Positions 47,601-62,600 of a DNA stretch of 64,000 nt are shown piece after piece. The notes below the pieces were generated by a model that saw nothing but the letters and a program-made list of their open reading frames with translations, was not told where the DNA came from and searched no databases. Source of the DNA: Styela clava (lineage: Eukaryota); NCBI RefSeq assembly GCF_964204865.1, contig NC_135252.1, positions 2,790,001-2,854,000 on the forward strand, read 5' to 3'. Every line of letters begins with the position of its first letter. Within the stretch, counting starts at the first letter, position 1. A program made the translations under genes and the position numbers.

Positions 47601-50600
47601 ATGAAATCAACCTCTCACTGTATTTGGATAACTCAGGATAGGTTGTTTTCATCACTTATTAGTCAGACACTTTGGTCATTTTTCATATAAATGCTGGTTC
47701 ATCTTAGTCGCGATACCTTTATTTAGAAGTGAATTTTTGTTAGCATCCTGTTGCGCAGAAATATTTAGTATGTAATTTACATAATTTTTAAATTGATGCC
47801 ATGAATGAATAGATATTATTTTATATTTTACGAGCCTTATTATTCAGTATCTGCAATGCCGGGAGATGGAATTGTACTTCTGAATCTTGTGACGCCACAA
47901 TGAAGTGTCCGAATAACATGATATTCAGTCGACAGATGTCACTTTGCAATCAAGATACATGTGACAATGTCGTTAGAGGCGCTATTGTACTGCGATCAGA
48001 ACGAAATATGGAATGTGCCAGTGAAGTCTCCTTCCAGGGTTGCACGTGTCCAAACGGGATGGTTTTAGAGGTGAACATTTTTAATTATAGCTTAAAATAT
48101 TAAATTGGGAAAACATTTTATATATATATATATATATCAAGTTTTAATCTTGTTCATAAAAACAGCAATGAAAACGGGAAATTTTTATTTGGGAGGGTTG
48201 AAGTTCGAAAAATTGGGATATATTTTACATTTCGTTCTTGCAACAGGGAGGGCGGGGAATTATGAGGAGCATCAACTAAAATGAATTCCTCTCTATCGAT
48301 ATGCGACATTGGCCATTTCGTGTACACACACACGTCGTTGCATTTACAACGTTCCGATGCACGATTAACAAAGTTTTTTTGATCTCGCAGTGATCATAAT
48401 CGAGGGTGATACTTAAATCCCAGGAATTAAGCCTTTCCTTGAGTTCGAGTAAGGTATACTATCAATTCGGAAACTTGTGTTTTGCAGTAATATAGAAGTG
48501 TTGTATATAGCCTATATCTATAGTATTGTATATATGATATCTAGCACAGTTAACAATAACTGTATCTAGAACCTAGATGGTAGAAACATTTAAATATGTT
48601 GGAAGAATAAAATTCTGTGCCTACAAACATGAATAGATCACATGGGTTCCATGGTATTACGTGGCGCAGATTGCATTGAAAAAGATGAGCAGTGAAGTAT
48701 CCATATTCGGTATAAAAAATACATTGTTTTTGATGATAAAGTTTTGTATTAGTGTTTGAACGAATGAATATATAAAACGTTTCAACTGTACATTCATGTT
48801 AAATTTCATTACTTAACCGTCAATGAGAATAAAAAATTCACGTATCTCGCGAAGAATCATTCGAAGAATCAAACGAGATACTATGGAAAATCTAAATTTA
48901 ATCTAAAATTTTGATTTCTAAATTTTGGGCCAAAATATCAATAAGTTCGAATAAGTACGGAGAAAGATTTAATATTGCTTTGATATTAATATGTTTGAAA
49001 AGCAATATATTTTATCCCTACTTCTTCGTTGTGAAAATACTGATAGATAGTGCTTTATAGCATATACAAAGTAAAACAAATAACTAAAAATGTTGGCATC
49101 TGCTACCATTTATCATACAATTAAAACAGTCGATAAAGCTTCTATAATCCAAATATTTAGAAAAAAAATGCAATGTCAAAGGGCAAGCTTGAAAAGGACG
49201 GCAGTAAGGATTGACATATTGTGAATTACTTCAACAGATATGGCTTGACACGATAGATTGCTGTCATCGAATGTAAAAATATAACTCAATAGAAACTCTG
49301 TGTATCACTATTTCAGATTTGATTAAGGACAATATAAAATCTTATTTATGGATGCATGAGCTCCATGTATATAACGTCAACCTTTTTACCCATAATATCG
49401 AGTCCCTTCCTCGGAGCCATCTAGACTTGAATCGACTAGAAAACACTCTTATATGTTATTTTGAAAAAAATCGTTCATGTTTGGTCATTCAAAATAAACT
49501 TTCACATTTTAAGTGAGGCTTCTTCTTTCAAGTCTGGTTGTTTTGTTTCGACTGTCTCTTCTTTTTGTTCAGATTGAGCTTCTGCTGGCTGAGAAGCAGA
49601 TTCCTCTGTTTGACTGGAGTCCTTTTCTTGTGTGTCATCCGCTTGGCTCTTTTCTTTATCTTGTGATTCTGTTGCTTCTTCTGATACACTTTCAACTTCC
49701 GTTTCTTTTGCTGTCTCCTCTGCCGATTCCGTTTCTTGTGTGACTTGGTCTTCTTTGTCTTCATCAGAAGATTTTGTTTCGCTCTGAGTAGCGTCTGCTT
49801 GTGATTGTTCATTAGCGATATCTTCTAGTTCTTTTGTTACCTGACTGTCAGAAGTATCTGTATGATCGCTTTCTGCGACACTAGCCACTTCTTTTTCTTG
49901 TTTGTCTTGTGGTGGGGGAGGGGCATCGGGTAGTTTTTCCTCTGTTTCTACTTCCTCTTTAATATCTTCTTTTTGTTCGTCTTCTTTTTCACTCGTAACA
50001 GTTTCTTCCGTTTTCACTTCTTCCTGTACATTTTCAAGTGTTTCTTTCGTTTCTGGTACCTTTTCAGGCTCCGGTTGTTCGGAAACCTGCTCTGCCGCCG
50101 GTTCTTCTTGCTTTGGAACCTCAGCTGCGGCGGCCGCAGCACCTGCAACTACTGGAGCAGCTGGTGCTTGTGCTTTCTTTTTTTTAGCATTGCCGTTTTT
50201 GTGTTGACTTTCATCGTCTCTGTTTACTTGATACCTTTCTGTTTCTGAAATAGCGACAACTCCTTCCGTCTTTTTCTTGTCTTTTTTAGCTTTGCTTTTA
50301 CTCTTTCCATTGCCGGCCAAGGAGTATTTTTTAGTTTTGAAAAAATTCATTATGATACTAATCTGTAGAATAAAATCGATTGCTTATTAAGAAATGAGTT
50401 GACCACTTTGACGCAGAATTGTAGACCAACTTCCAATATGTGGCACTCTACACGGATACCTTGGGCGGGGCTCACATTCACTATATACTTTAAGCTACGG
50501 TACTAGTATTAGCCATCGTAGTTTTATACAACGACATGTAATGAGACAGTCAAAACATTGTTCAATTCACGTGACACGACGTGAGTTGTTTTAAATAAAT

Positions 50601-53600
50601 TCTTGTTTAGTTCATCGATGCCGGTACCGCACGTACGAATGTTAATAGGGTCACCTTTAAAGCCGGCTTGGTATTAAAAAATTTCAACTTGTAACCTTCC
50701 AAATGAAATAAATAGATATGATTAAATTAGTACTTTATAAACCGAGTCAACGTGAATATTAACAGAAATAAAAAGTTGTCGAAATATCTCATTGTAATGA
50801 AATATTACGTTCCACCCCTTGTACATTAGGAATATGATATGCCTGTGCTTAGAGACAAATTTGAAACATTCTAGAAGTAGGCTACTTCAAACTTGATCGA
50901 TAGGGACTTTGCATTGATATAGATAGATAATCCTCTCCGAATTTTAAACGCGTAGTTAGACCAGTTTATGCGATAGGTCGCCAAAATGACAAACAGAATA
51001 TAGATAGTGAGAAGCCTAAAAAATATTGTTCTTCCACACCTCGCTTTAAAAATTATCTGATGATATATGTTGTTATGTCGCCCGCAATGCTCTATATATA
51101 TGAAATGTTTTTCGAAAAGATCTGTCTTCGTATCCCTTTCCTTTAAGCGCTCTTTGGATATTTGTACCCACTGCCCGTAACTGCCTTTCTCCTAAGACAA
51201 CACCGATTACATATTCAGTACCGGTACCAAATGCGAAGTTTTATCTAGACACGAACCATCTTTTCTATGATACGTTGCCAATATCAACATAACTGAATAG
51301 CTTATTCTGCACGATATATCTCTACTATATTCATCCTTCCCTCCGGCAATTGTATTTGATTCATCTCCCGCGATTTAGATAAATTACAATAACGTTGAAG
51401 ACGTCGTATGATTTGGTTTCAATTTTGTGGTATAAAGTTACCATTTTTATTTAAAAATCAAATTGCAAGGAAAAACATTTCTTTTACTATCATTCTAGCG
51501 TACAAAGCATGCTATGAACATTACATACGTTTGCCAACACCTTTCTAAAAAACTAAACAGAGGCTCTGTCTTTGCCAGTTTCTAACAACTCTTAAATTTT
51601 TCAATCCTAATTAAGTTAACTCGCTTAAAACTGCAGTATATTTCAAAGTTAAATACGAGCAATTATAATCTTGTTACAGTTTGATTAGAAATGTTTATTA
51701 TTAAACTGTTCCCTGTAGTTCAACAAGTAGCAAAATGAAGGTCATATTCGCACCCTCAACTATACTTTTACCATACCTAATAGTTCCCACGGAAAAACAT
51801 TGTAAGCCTACATCCCTAATCCTCTTGTTTATGGGGTAAACCGGATAAACTTAGAAATGTTGAACATTCTTAGTGATTAATTATAAATATTACCATAATT
51901 AATATTTTCATCAGATTACATTTCTATAACTTCCAGCTTATAACTAATTAGTGTAACTGTTGTTCCTGGAGAAAGTAGTTGTTTGATATCACTGATCACG
52001 GCAAATAGGCCAATCAGCGAACGCGCTGCAAAAACGGGTTGATTTGTGTGGCAGATACTATTTAGGATACACCATTACTCCAAGGAAAGTTACTTGAGCT
52101 CGTAGCATTTATTTGGATACACATCAATAAAATTTCTGACTTTGTAGTTGTTAGACAACTTCTCAAACATCCCGATCGTTTTGCTGCTGAAAATGCAATA
52201 CTTTATACAAAAGCTTGTTTATATCTAATCAACATCCGCGCTGCACCGACCCTCTCAAATCCACCCCAAATCGAAACGACGCTGAACTGAAACGAAAATC
52301 GTAACATTCGTATAACGTAACGGAACAAATCTTATTCCTATCTGAAATAGGTTATCAAATTTGAACTACTGGCATCAGTAATTTAGATGCTTTATAAATG
52401 TGACAATCTGTTTTTATACAATTGAAATATTATGGGAGTAAAGCAATTTTTGTCGAGACCGATTGAACAAACATTCCACAGCGATTTCGTTCAATGTTGT
52501 GACTACTAAAAATAACATTTACGTCCACTCTATTGTGATTGACAAAAAATTTAAACCACAATGAAATGGTTTGGAATAGAGTGGTATTGTTTTGCCGAAT
52601 TCGTAGACTTAATTTTATCAATAAACAAATGGAAAAGCCTGTTAGGTGGTGACAGTATTCTTACCGGAAAATTGTGTACCTATCACTGACTAGAAAAGTA
52701 TTTTTGGGTCAAAATGACATTTGACCAAACTGACAATAAATAAACATTCAGATAGCGGATGTCTTTACTCAATATTACTGATGTCAAACGTTGTTTAAGC
52801 CGCGTTTGGTACAGCAATCCTTCACCAAGTGTGTAAAAACTGTAAGCTGTTTCTGTAAGTCCGACAAAATATAGGCAGGATTTACAAATTTATTGGGCAA
52901 TAGTTTGATGTTCAGCCCGAGGGTTATTTTATGTCATATATAGCAGCTCTTTAATTAAATCTGACAAAATGATTGAACCATGATACATTTCCGTAATTAA
53001 ATACCACAATACGGTTGAGTAGGCAGATGGGTTTATGATCATAAAATTTACGCTATCGGTCATGCTGTTTTTATTGCCGGGCACGATGCGTTGACAATTT
53101 AATCAATGTCTAGTGGCCCGTATTTTACGATCGTAAAACTTTATTTTATCCCTTGACTGCTATTATTTATGTATTCTATCTGAAAACTTTACCTGATTTT
53201 TTCAACCATTTCATATTTCAAGTTGGAAGCCAATATATCGTGTTTTTCATGCATGGGATAGCTATAGGCATACTTCCCTGTAATATTCCCAAATATCGAC
53301 TCTTACTATCATTACCAGGCTTTAATCCATTATCGTTAGATAATGTAATTCTGCAACTATATTTTTGTCGCGTTCAAAGACAACATCTTTCTGTTTGGCT
53401 AAATTCTAACACTTTAAATCTAAAAAATTGAGGCTAGGCTTGAGTGCTTATACTAATCACCTTGCTGACACGCTTCGAGTTAGGCCAAACCATGTCCCGT
53501 AGTCAGAAACAAATAAGAAGGGTATCTATGAATATTGAGTATTAATCTCATCTAAATTTGATAAGTTGTTGAGATTAGGATCAAAATGGATAAACCCTTA

Positions 53601-56600
53601 TCTTATTTACAATAAAAAAGGCAAGATTAATTTTCAAAAATAGTTCACGAATCTTACTGACACTTATATATATAAATATTGTTCTGAACGTTTCACATGC
53701 TCAGTCAGTCGATCAGATATTGTCAAACAAGTAGTTAGTCGTTAAACAGACGGATATTCTCAACCGAAAGAGACGTGATTCTTGTTCAGGTTTTCGAAAA
53801 CAATAATTCGCAATAATAAGTTCCGCGTTAACATTGTGCGTGAACTTGGCACTCCCTCTAATTTGATGTATGCCTTAGTTAAACAATTGTTGAAGTTCAA
53901 GGGTATAATAATGTTCGTGGGCATATATGTCAAGTCAAGCGGAATAATGACGACATAGGAATTGTTCTGGTTTCTTCTGTACCAGCGCTGATTTGAGTGT
54001 GGGTGGCAATTCAGTCAATTGTACATGTTGGAAATTGACGATATTTGTACAGGAATTCAAATATTGTTCAACTAGACGAGAAGGATCTCAACATTGATTT
54101 TCTCCAATCTAACTCTTGGGCATACTCGATAAATTACCCCATTGTATGAACACTAACATTAGCATAGTTGGACCATTAAACCACACCCTTGAACATTATC
54201 AGTCACCTCCCACGTACAAGTTATGTCATCGGATAACGCCGTCATTTGATTACTCGTTCTTTGGGCATTTTCATCTAAAAATGTCACGATTCATTTTTAA
54301 TAAAAATCAAGATATGAATGGAGCATTTGGAGCAAATATTTTTCTTAAAAAGGTTCGAAATTCAACATGGAAACTTTTTTGCTCTACTATAAATACATGT
54401 AATATATGTAGCATATTATTAGTTTAGTGTGTTGCTCTTTTTACTCCCTCTTGAGCTCGTAAAATAGCTATCTCCTTGAGCAAGTATGGAAATATTTACA
54501 TTAGCTATGTTATTAGCAAAACCGTAGTAGACACTCCCAATAATTAAAAGCCTCAATCATTTAAATCGGACTAGACAAATAAATTATGTCTAAATCATAT
54601 TTGAACTGTCTTACAATCCAATAAATCTTTCGCTTTTTTGTTTGATTTATTTTATAGTATACAAAACTTATCTTTGACGATAATACATAATACTTAATGA
54701 GTATAATTAAACTGCAACAAGCCTTAATAAAGTCCATAAATTATACACTACAACATCACCGGAATAATTATAAATGATGTTTGTAATACTTAACTTTTCG
54801 CATTCAGGACAACTAAGTTTTAGATATATATGCAATATGAATATTAAATCACTACACCTAACCCGCAGCCATCAATATTTCATGTCGAACCCGGGCAGAT
54901 TGACGATCACATAAACGATTATTTCCTTTCGCATAGATATTTAAGCGTATCGGATGCCCTGAAATCAAGCCCTCAAGTGTCTTTCTAAGTTTCTTTTCCT
55001 GCTTGTCCTGAAAACTTTTGACCAGAGTCATATACAATCAAGTTATCTGTTTCATGAAGTTACCAAAAAGCGGTTACTACAAACTAACGATATGTGCTAA
55101 TTTTTGGGCGGTTCAGCAAGTAATCATTATCAAGCCGTAGGCTATGCGAGGTTTTGTTTTTTCCTTTTATTGGCATCGACTTCACGACGAACGTCATGAT
55201 CTACGTAATGCGTCGTTTCATTTTATTGCTGAGAAATTTAATGCTCGTCGGTCCCACAGCTGAAGTAGTAACTTGCGATAAATCACAACTATTACGGGGC
55301 AAACCAGTTCACGTCGACCTACTTTGTACGTGTTCTAAAGCTGTTATTTAATACTACCTTCATTACCTCTATCACCATGTTTTGGGGAATTACCATAGAA
55401 TATTATCTTTATTACACACACCTATCTTCAATACTGGAAACGTTATCATTTATACTTCGTCCTATAGTGTTTCAAGGTGTGCAATGAACTGGCGATATCA
55501 CATCACCCCAATGAAATATCTAAACAAAAACTCAAGCAGCGAATGAGATCTTTTAATACGGAAATTCCACACAAAGATTGCGCGTTCACTTTTGTTTCGC
55601 TGGTTAATTAAACGATCAAGTTAATCACTGACCACGCATACTTTTCGCGCTTTAGATTCCCGATTCACGCGCGGCTACTATTTGAGTGGGTAGGATAGTA
55701 TGTCTTCAGTGCATGGGAAACTCAAACCAAAGAAATTTTCTATTTGCCCAAAGGGTGGCAAATAAACATATGATATTTATGTTGTCCATTCGGCAATGAT
55801 TTATCTCAGCGGGAGCGTGTTTGCGATTTCGAATAATGCAAACGAATTCTTTCCGGTAACCATGGAGCCGATGGGAGATGAGAACACAAGTGAATGAATA
55901 TTTTGCCTTCTTGTGGTAATTTTCGCCAGACTGACCACAGAAAAAATTGAAAATAAATATTAATGTCTTGAAGATAAAGTTTGCTGCACCCAAATCAAAA
56001 TCTACGCATTTTGCGAGTGTTCAAACCCAAATACTATATTTTGAAAATTCTAACTTTCAACGTACCAGACGACTTTGCCATAGCAAACATTAGTTTGCCC
56101 TTTCGGCCTCCGAGTAATCTGATAATTACTAGATTATATCTTGCGTTTGGTTCAGCTTTATCTCGTATTGACTGTATGATTGTCAGATTCGTATTTGGGC
56201 CTGAGAATTTCTAAATTCCAAATAAGTCCCTCTCCTGCCTTAAAATTAACCGCATTCCGAAACCTGTGTATTCCTATTTTTGCACCAGTTCTGAAAGGTA
56301 CACGACAAGATTCAAGATCCCTAAATTCGATACGGCTTTAAATAGTATAACATAAATATACGACAAATTCCCAGACGACTTGGAAATGACTGCAATGGAG
56401 TTCTTTCGAACCAATATCTGAAATCTCACCTTGAGAAGAATTAACGTCGGTTGTAAAATCGACAAAAGCAATAAACTACAATCGAAAACTACTAAAGAGA
56501 CTTACCAAGCACATTCCTCACGTTAAACGAATGGTTTTAATCACTCTCCGACTACACAGCTGTCATTAAAGCAATCCGATAACTGCCTACTCTGTCAAGC

Positions 56601-59600
56601 GTGGCTCGTGGGTAAATAAACTTTCAGTAAATGGGCATATTTCATGGCTGAGTATATTCTTATTGCGTGAATATGGTAAAACTGCTTTCTGCAATTTTAT
56701 CACGCGTTTTACCCAACTATCGTTTTTTACCCATATACTCCTATTGTGTAAATGGGTGTGGATATATGGTCTCAATCAGCATTTGAATTTTGGGCTCCAC
56801 ATTAGTACACACAAGACTGTCGTATACTGTACTGTCGCATTTTACATCCCCTTTATATTATTAAATTTACAAGGTATCTCAATCCCCAAATAGCTCATTT
56901 GCATCGATCGCTTTGACATCTGGTTATTACTACATCTGGTTAAATCAACCCTTTTAACATGATTCAATACAATACCAAGTAAATGCACGACGGATGAGAA
57001 AAAAGATCTGTGAATTCTGTCGGTTTCTATTCAATTATTATAAAGGATTTGGGTTCCAACTACTATCTAAAATTCAAATCATTCGCAAATTTCCTAAACA
57101 ACTCATTCACCAGAACGCTCAATTTTTGAAAAAAAAAAATATGTTTATTCTGAGATCGTTGATCCACATATTCTCGAGGAGATTATTTGTGCACAATAGA
57201 CTGACTATGTGATATACTGAATGACGTATATTCTGTATTTGTTAAAAAGCTTTTGATCTTTTGTCCCTGATTTTCCAGCCGTGTAGAGTTTGAAACGGGC
57301 CTTATTTGTAACACCTTTTTCAACCGTGGCCAGGCACTGAGTCGGGCATGTAAAAAGTTTTTGATTTGGGTTAAACGGTACGTTTTGTTTGCGGAAATTC
57401 AATAAGGAAATCTGAACTATACTATTCATGTGAACTTGAATATATTTGTATTTTCAAAAAATTCGTTCAATTTCACTTTAATTACTTAGCCTTCCGTAAG
57501 ACAGTAATTCCGTAATGTGTCTTCACTCTGATATCACAATATTTATCAACTTGGATAATATGAGACAAAATTCTGGTTTCGACATAGACAAAACATTTTT
57601 GCGAAATATTTTAATCACCATGTCAAATATATGTGTAGGGCAAGATAAGCACATTCTAAATTTAAATGGTCCATTACTTTATGTCGCTTCATGTAAGAGC
57701 AGTTGCTATCAAATAAGTACAAGTAAATCTGTTGAATTCTGGTATCTTTTTTCGTCAATCTTTCAATTATATCTTTTATTTGAACCAGGGTGAACACTGC
57801 ATAGATCCCACTGAATGTCCGTGCAAACATAACGGTCAGACTTATCAACGTAATTCGACTATCAAACGCGATTGCAATACATGGTAAGCAAAATTCAGAA
57901 CTTTTTATTTGTATTAAATGTAGAATGAAACGAATTTTTATGTTCATTTCAACGGAAGAGAAAATTTCTTAAAACGTCGCAATAAGGAACAACGACCTAT
58001 CATCTGTTTACTAATCCCAACTACACATAATCTTTTCTACTACCAAAACCATGCTAAAACACCAAGCTGATCACATCGAACTTGTGGGTAGATCATCAAG
58101 ATGTTTGTTAAATTTCCCACGTCACAGCTTTAAAAATTATACCCAACTAATTGGAAAGAATCGTGGATCATAATCACTATAGTAACTAGTAAAGCCATAT
58201 ATTTGAACACCAGTTGCTAATTACCTTCTCCTTATGAATTGTATTCACAATCTTTCTATTCTTTTTCTTATTGTTTATTAACTCAATCTGACAATGTTCT
58301 ACAAACCAATATATATTTCAAAACAATTGTTCCCTCTCCGCTATCCAACCTACAATTTCGATCATTCAAACTTGTTTTGACTTTTCTTTCACTGTCACGG
58401 TTGAACAATTATTACTTTATGCAATATTTATGACTAAATTCTCAATTTAATCTTCAATCTAACACGACCAAACGCGATCATCTCTGCGAAAGCTATTCAA
58501 GGAGCTTCACGTCAATTTTTAAGCGAAGTGTCGCTTGTTAGATGCTGTATTTACATGAAATTATTTCCGTATCGTTAGCTGGATTTTGCGCCAAACTAAT
58601 GGGGTCCACGTATCTGGAACGAATAACTGGTTAACTTTTCCCCTCACCCAACATGGAGTGAAAACCGAACGAGAGACCGTAGTGCTCTATAATCTATAGG
58701 ATTAAGACACCTTACCTACTGCTCTCTCACCTGGGATAAATACGAAAATTCCTATGCTCTGTGTGTTCTTTTTCACGCCATTTCACACCAACAAAACTGT
58801 CACACACAACTCTGTTTATAAACTGTTGGAAAAATGTCATACTAAATTTCAAACAAGCAAAAGACACCTTACCTACTGCTCTCTCACCTGGGATAAATAC
58901 GAAAATTCCTATGCTCTGTGTGTTCTTTTTCACGCCATTTCACACCAACAAAACTGTCACACACAACTCTGTTTATAAACTGTTGGAAAAATGTCATACT
59001 AAATTTCAAACAAGCAAAAAATTTAACACATAACGTAATATAATTTACTAACTGGTAATTCATGACAGCACTTGTGATGGGAAACATTGGATTTGCACCG
59101 AAAAGGTTTGCGCAGGTATTTGCGTTGCAACTGGAGACCCTCATTACGTTACATTCGATGGAGCAACTTACTCATTTGAGGTGAGACGATCTAACTCCTA
59201 TATACCTTGACTATATGAAATTAGGCGAAATTTACCTTTAGCTATGACAAATATTAATACCCTCCATATCCATACTAACTAGATTATATTAAAAAAAATT
59301 TAGATGCTATTTTTATAGTGATCGCAAAGTCCCCAATTTCTGTCCATCGCGAAAGCTTATCTGCCAAAGTTTTACTTTCTGTATTATGGGTTGCCGGTAC
59401 TTTTCTCTATAAACACGCACCGACAAATTGTTTTTCTACTTGATATCGATTTTAAATCCCTTCATTCAATTACAAATTCGTTTTCTCGCTAATTACTTGT
59501 TGTAATTGCCTGGTCAAAGCAAATGAAACAAAAGGAGAAAAATCCAATGAAAACAATCAATAGCCCATAATGAACGTTCTATCTTACTGTGACGTCACAA

Positions 59601-62600
59601 AAATCAAATTGGTTTAAGCCAATCACATGCTTCAAATAACACACTTGAAGAAGCCATGCTTGATTAGACAATCCAATTGCTTCTTACCCAAAACTGTTTA
59701 CTGGTAACTGAGTGATCTTGTCCCCAGAGAACAGACCTTCATATCATACAAAAATAGTTCATTCTGTTACAATTATATTACGAAATTAACCACTCACTTC
59801 GAAGAGTTTCTCATTCGTGACCCTAGAGAATTGATGAACGTTGGTTAACGTACTCATATCACCTTCTGAATAAGGTCTGCTCTAAATATAAATCTTACCA
59901 TAAAGACTAATTAAAATGGTAGTGGAGATTAAAGTGTATTAAAATACCATAAACATAACAGAATTAGAAAATTAGTTTTCACCAAAATAGAATCTTGTCG
60001 ATAAGATACAATATTTTGAATATAACCTTGATAAAATGATCTAATTTTAGTATCTTTTGCCAGTCATGTATCAAGACAAATCGTAAAAGAGAAAATAACA
60101 TCGTGAGTGAACTAATTCAGTACAATACTATTCCACAAGACGGTATCGTTTTTTTTTTCAAAGTATTATGCAGTGCTTCCCGAATTACAAACTCATATAG
60201 ACACGTTTAAAATATTGCAATGCTTAAATTCCCTCAAATCAGGTGATTTAAAATACTATATATGTTCCCATATATAGGATAGTTTTCCAATCATCATTAC
60301 AGAGCATACCGACCACCGCGTTACTCGATTTAAACTGAAGTTAAGCATTTGGATACGGTATGCATATAGGCTGGACAGGGCCCAGAAATTGCTTGTGATG
60401 TCGCATTGTCAAATAAGAGTGGCAAGCTATTATTTTGGCATTTTTGAAGACTTGACGTGCTAGTACGATTAATCGATTCGATTTTACCAATAGTATCGAA
60501 ATTCAAAATTGATTCCGGTAAGCATCATTAACATTTATCCACGATTACCTTGACATCCCTGGTAACCATGTTTGCCTGAGCTTCCAAGATGAAGCTTTGG
60601 TCAAAAATGACTTCAATTACTGTATACTGAATTATTTCAATATATTTTTTAAATACTGTCAAAATCCTATATATACCCACGTTTTAGTTGAATATTCAAA
60701 TTCCAACCTAATACTGTCAATTTATGTCCAGCACGGGAGTCCAGTTTCAATCAATATCTATACTCGAACGCCCATAAATCAATAGTTTTTCTAATTATGA
60801 GCTTTACGCTATTTTATTGACATTCCTGGAAAAGGATCTAAACGCCTTACTAACTTTCAAGTACGTTACTTCTTAAATGTCCGGTCCACGTGCTTTGGAG
60901 TCGTGTCACAAACCGGAGTAAAATGATGAAACTATTTCAAATGTATGTGAATCAGTTTTGGCAAAATTTAACTAAATGGCATAAGCCCCCAATACATGGT
61001 ACAGGATTAACATTACTAACTCACATGAAATGACCTTAATATAAAGTCAAGAGGCTGTTGGTCATGTGACCGTAATAGTTATTTTTCTTCCTGCTCTAGC
61101 TGACTGATGCCTTGACGTGAACTATGGGTATATTTTGCAGTGTATAAAGGGGACATGGAATTTATTCATGTTCTATGTTTACCAGTTTTATTCCCTCTGG
61201 AATTTGGAAGGAAATGTTCACTCAAACATTAGAATTATAAGTTAACATGTTGTACTGATATTAAAAAAAGTAAACCCACTTGAAATGAAGAGTAATTTTC
61301 GTCCAATAATTACGCACAGCAGTTGTCCACTAACAATTGTATTTTATTAGTGAATGCGTCATTATAACATTATGACTTGTTTAAACTAGAGGTAGAACTG
61401 TGAAGGTTTTTTTAAATCCGCGTATTTTAATCATCGTGCAAAAGATTGATAAAATTTAACTACGCTAAAATGCTGCTAAGCTTTACTTATTCTTGTGATC
61501 TGCACTTGTTTCGAATATTGGAATTCTGTATTTGCTAACCTCATTAGGCTGTTTATACTTGTTTTAAGTAGGTTTTCGATATATAAACATATCTAATGAC
61601 AATTTTGTGATGACAGCATTTTTTCCTAGAGTTGGACATATTTCATATAATTATTCATATAAGCATGTCCTCAAGTTCACAAGTTGGCCAACAAAATAAA
61701 CCTCGAAAAGAATTCGCAAAATAAAAGTCAATTTTGTTCTGCCCATGGTTGTCATTTATAAGTTTGCAAATTAATCTGGCTACACCGACTATAAGCAAAC
61801 ATCAGTTGAGAAAGGGCGAATTTCTAGACAACAGCGCGATGACAATAGCCAAAATATACCGTGTTATATACTTTAATACTCAACTAGTAATCCATGAATT
61901 GGGAAGTTCATTACAAAGTTCTGTTATAAAAAAATTTGGCTCTTTGTGGCTGAAGCAGATATGAAAAATATCTGGCCGATTGGTGTTTACCTAAATATTC
62001 ATTGTAGTAAATAATCCGTCGGCAAATAAATCCAACTGCCAGACATTGTGAATTTGCGTAGTATGTCTAACTGATAGTGCCAATCACAAAACTTAAATTT
62101 TATATTGAATACAACAGTTGTAATCATCAATATTATAAATTCCAGGGAGCATGTAGTTACATTCTTGCTCAAGATTCAGATGGTTTGTTCAGCGTTGAAG
62201 CAGAAAATATACCATGCGGATCAACAGGAGTTACTTGTACTAAATCAGTTTATATCAGCATTGGTAAGTTAATTGTTCTCGTAATGGGTAATGACGTGTG
62301 TTCGTAGAAGAGTTGCTAGAAGAGTCGAAACCACTTTCTGGGACCCGATTCGAAAACATGTTCATTTTGAGCTCTGGAGCGAATCGGACTAGATTTGAAA
62401 TACCTTAATCGATAGTCTTTTGCGTTCGATAAGATTTGAAATGGATATTTATAAAATCCTAATGCCCACCTCAAACCTGACCCCAAAACTCTATTTCTGT
62501 TGAAACTTTTGCACATTATGAAGTTTTAACCCATACTCGATGCACGTTATTTATAAGAAAAAACATCTCCCGCGGCAGTTCAATTGTGGTGTCATAGGAA

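Noticed and set aside
49513-50248. Plus-strand and alternate-frame ORFs overlapping the nested gene
   Set aside because: Shadow ORFs of a Glu/Lys-rich coding sequence.
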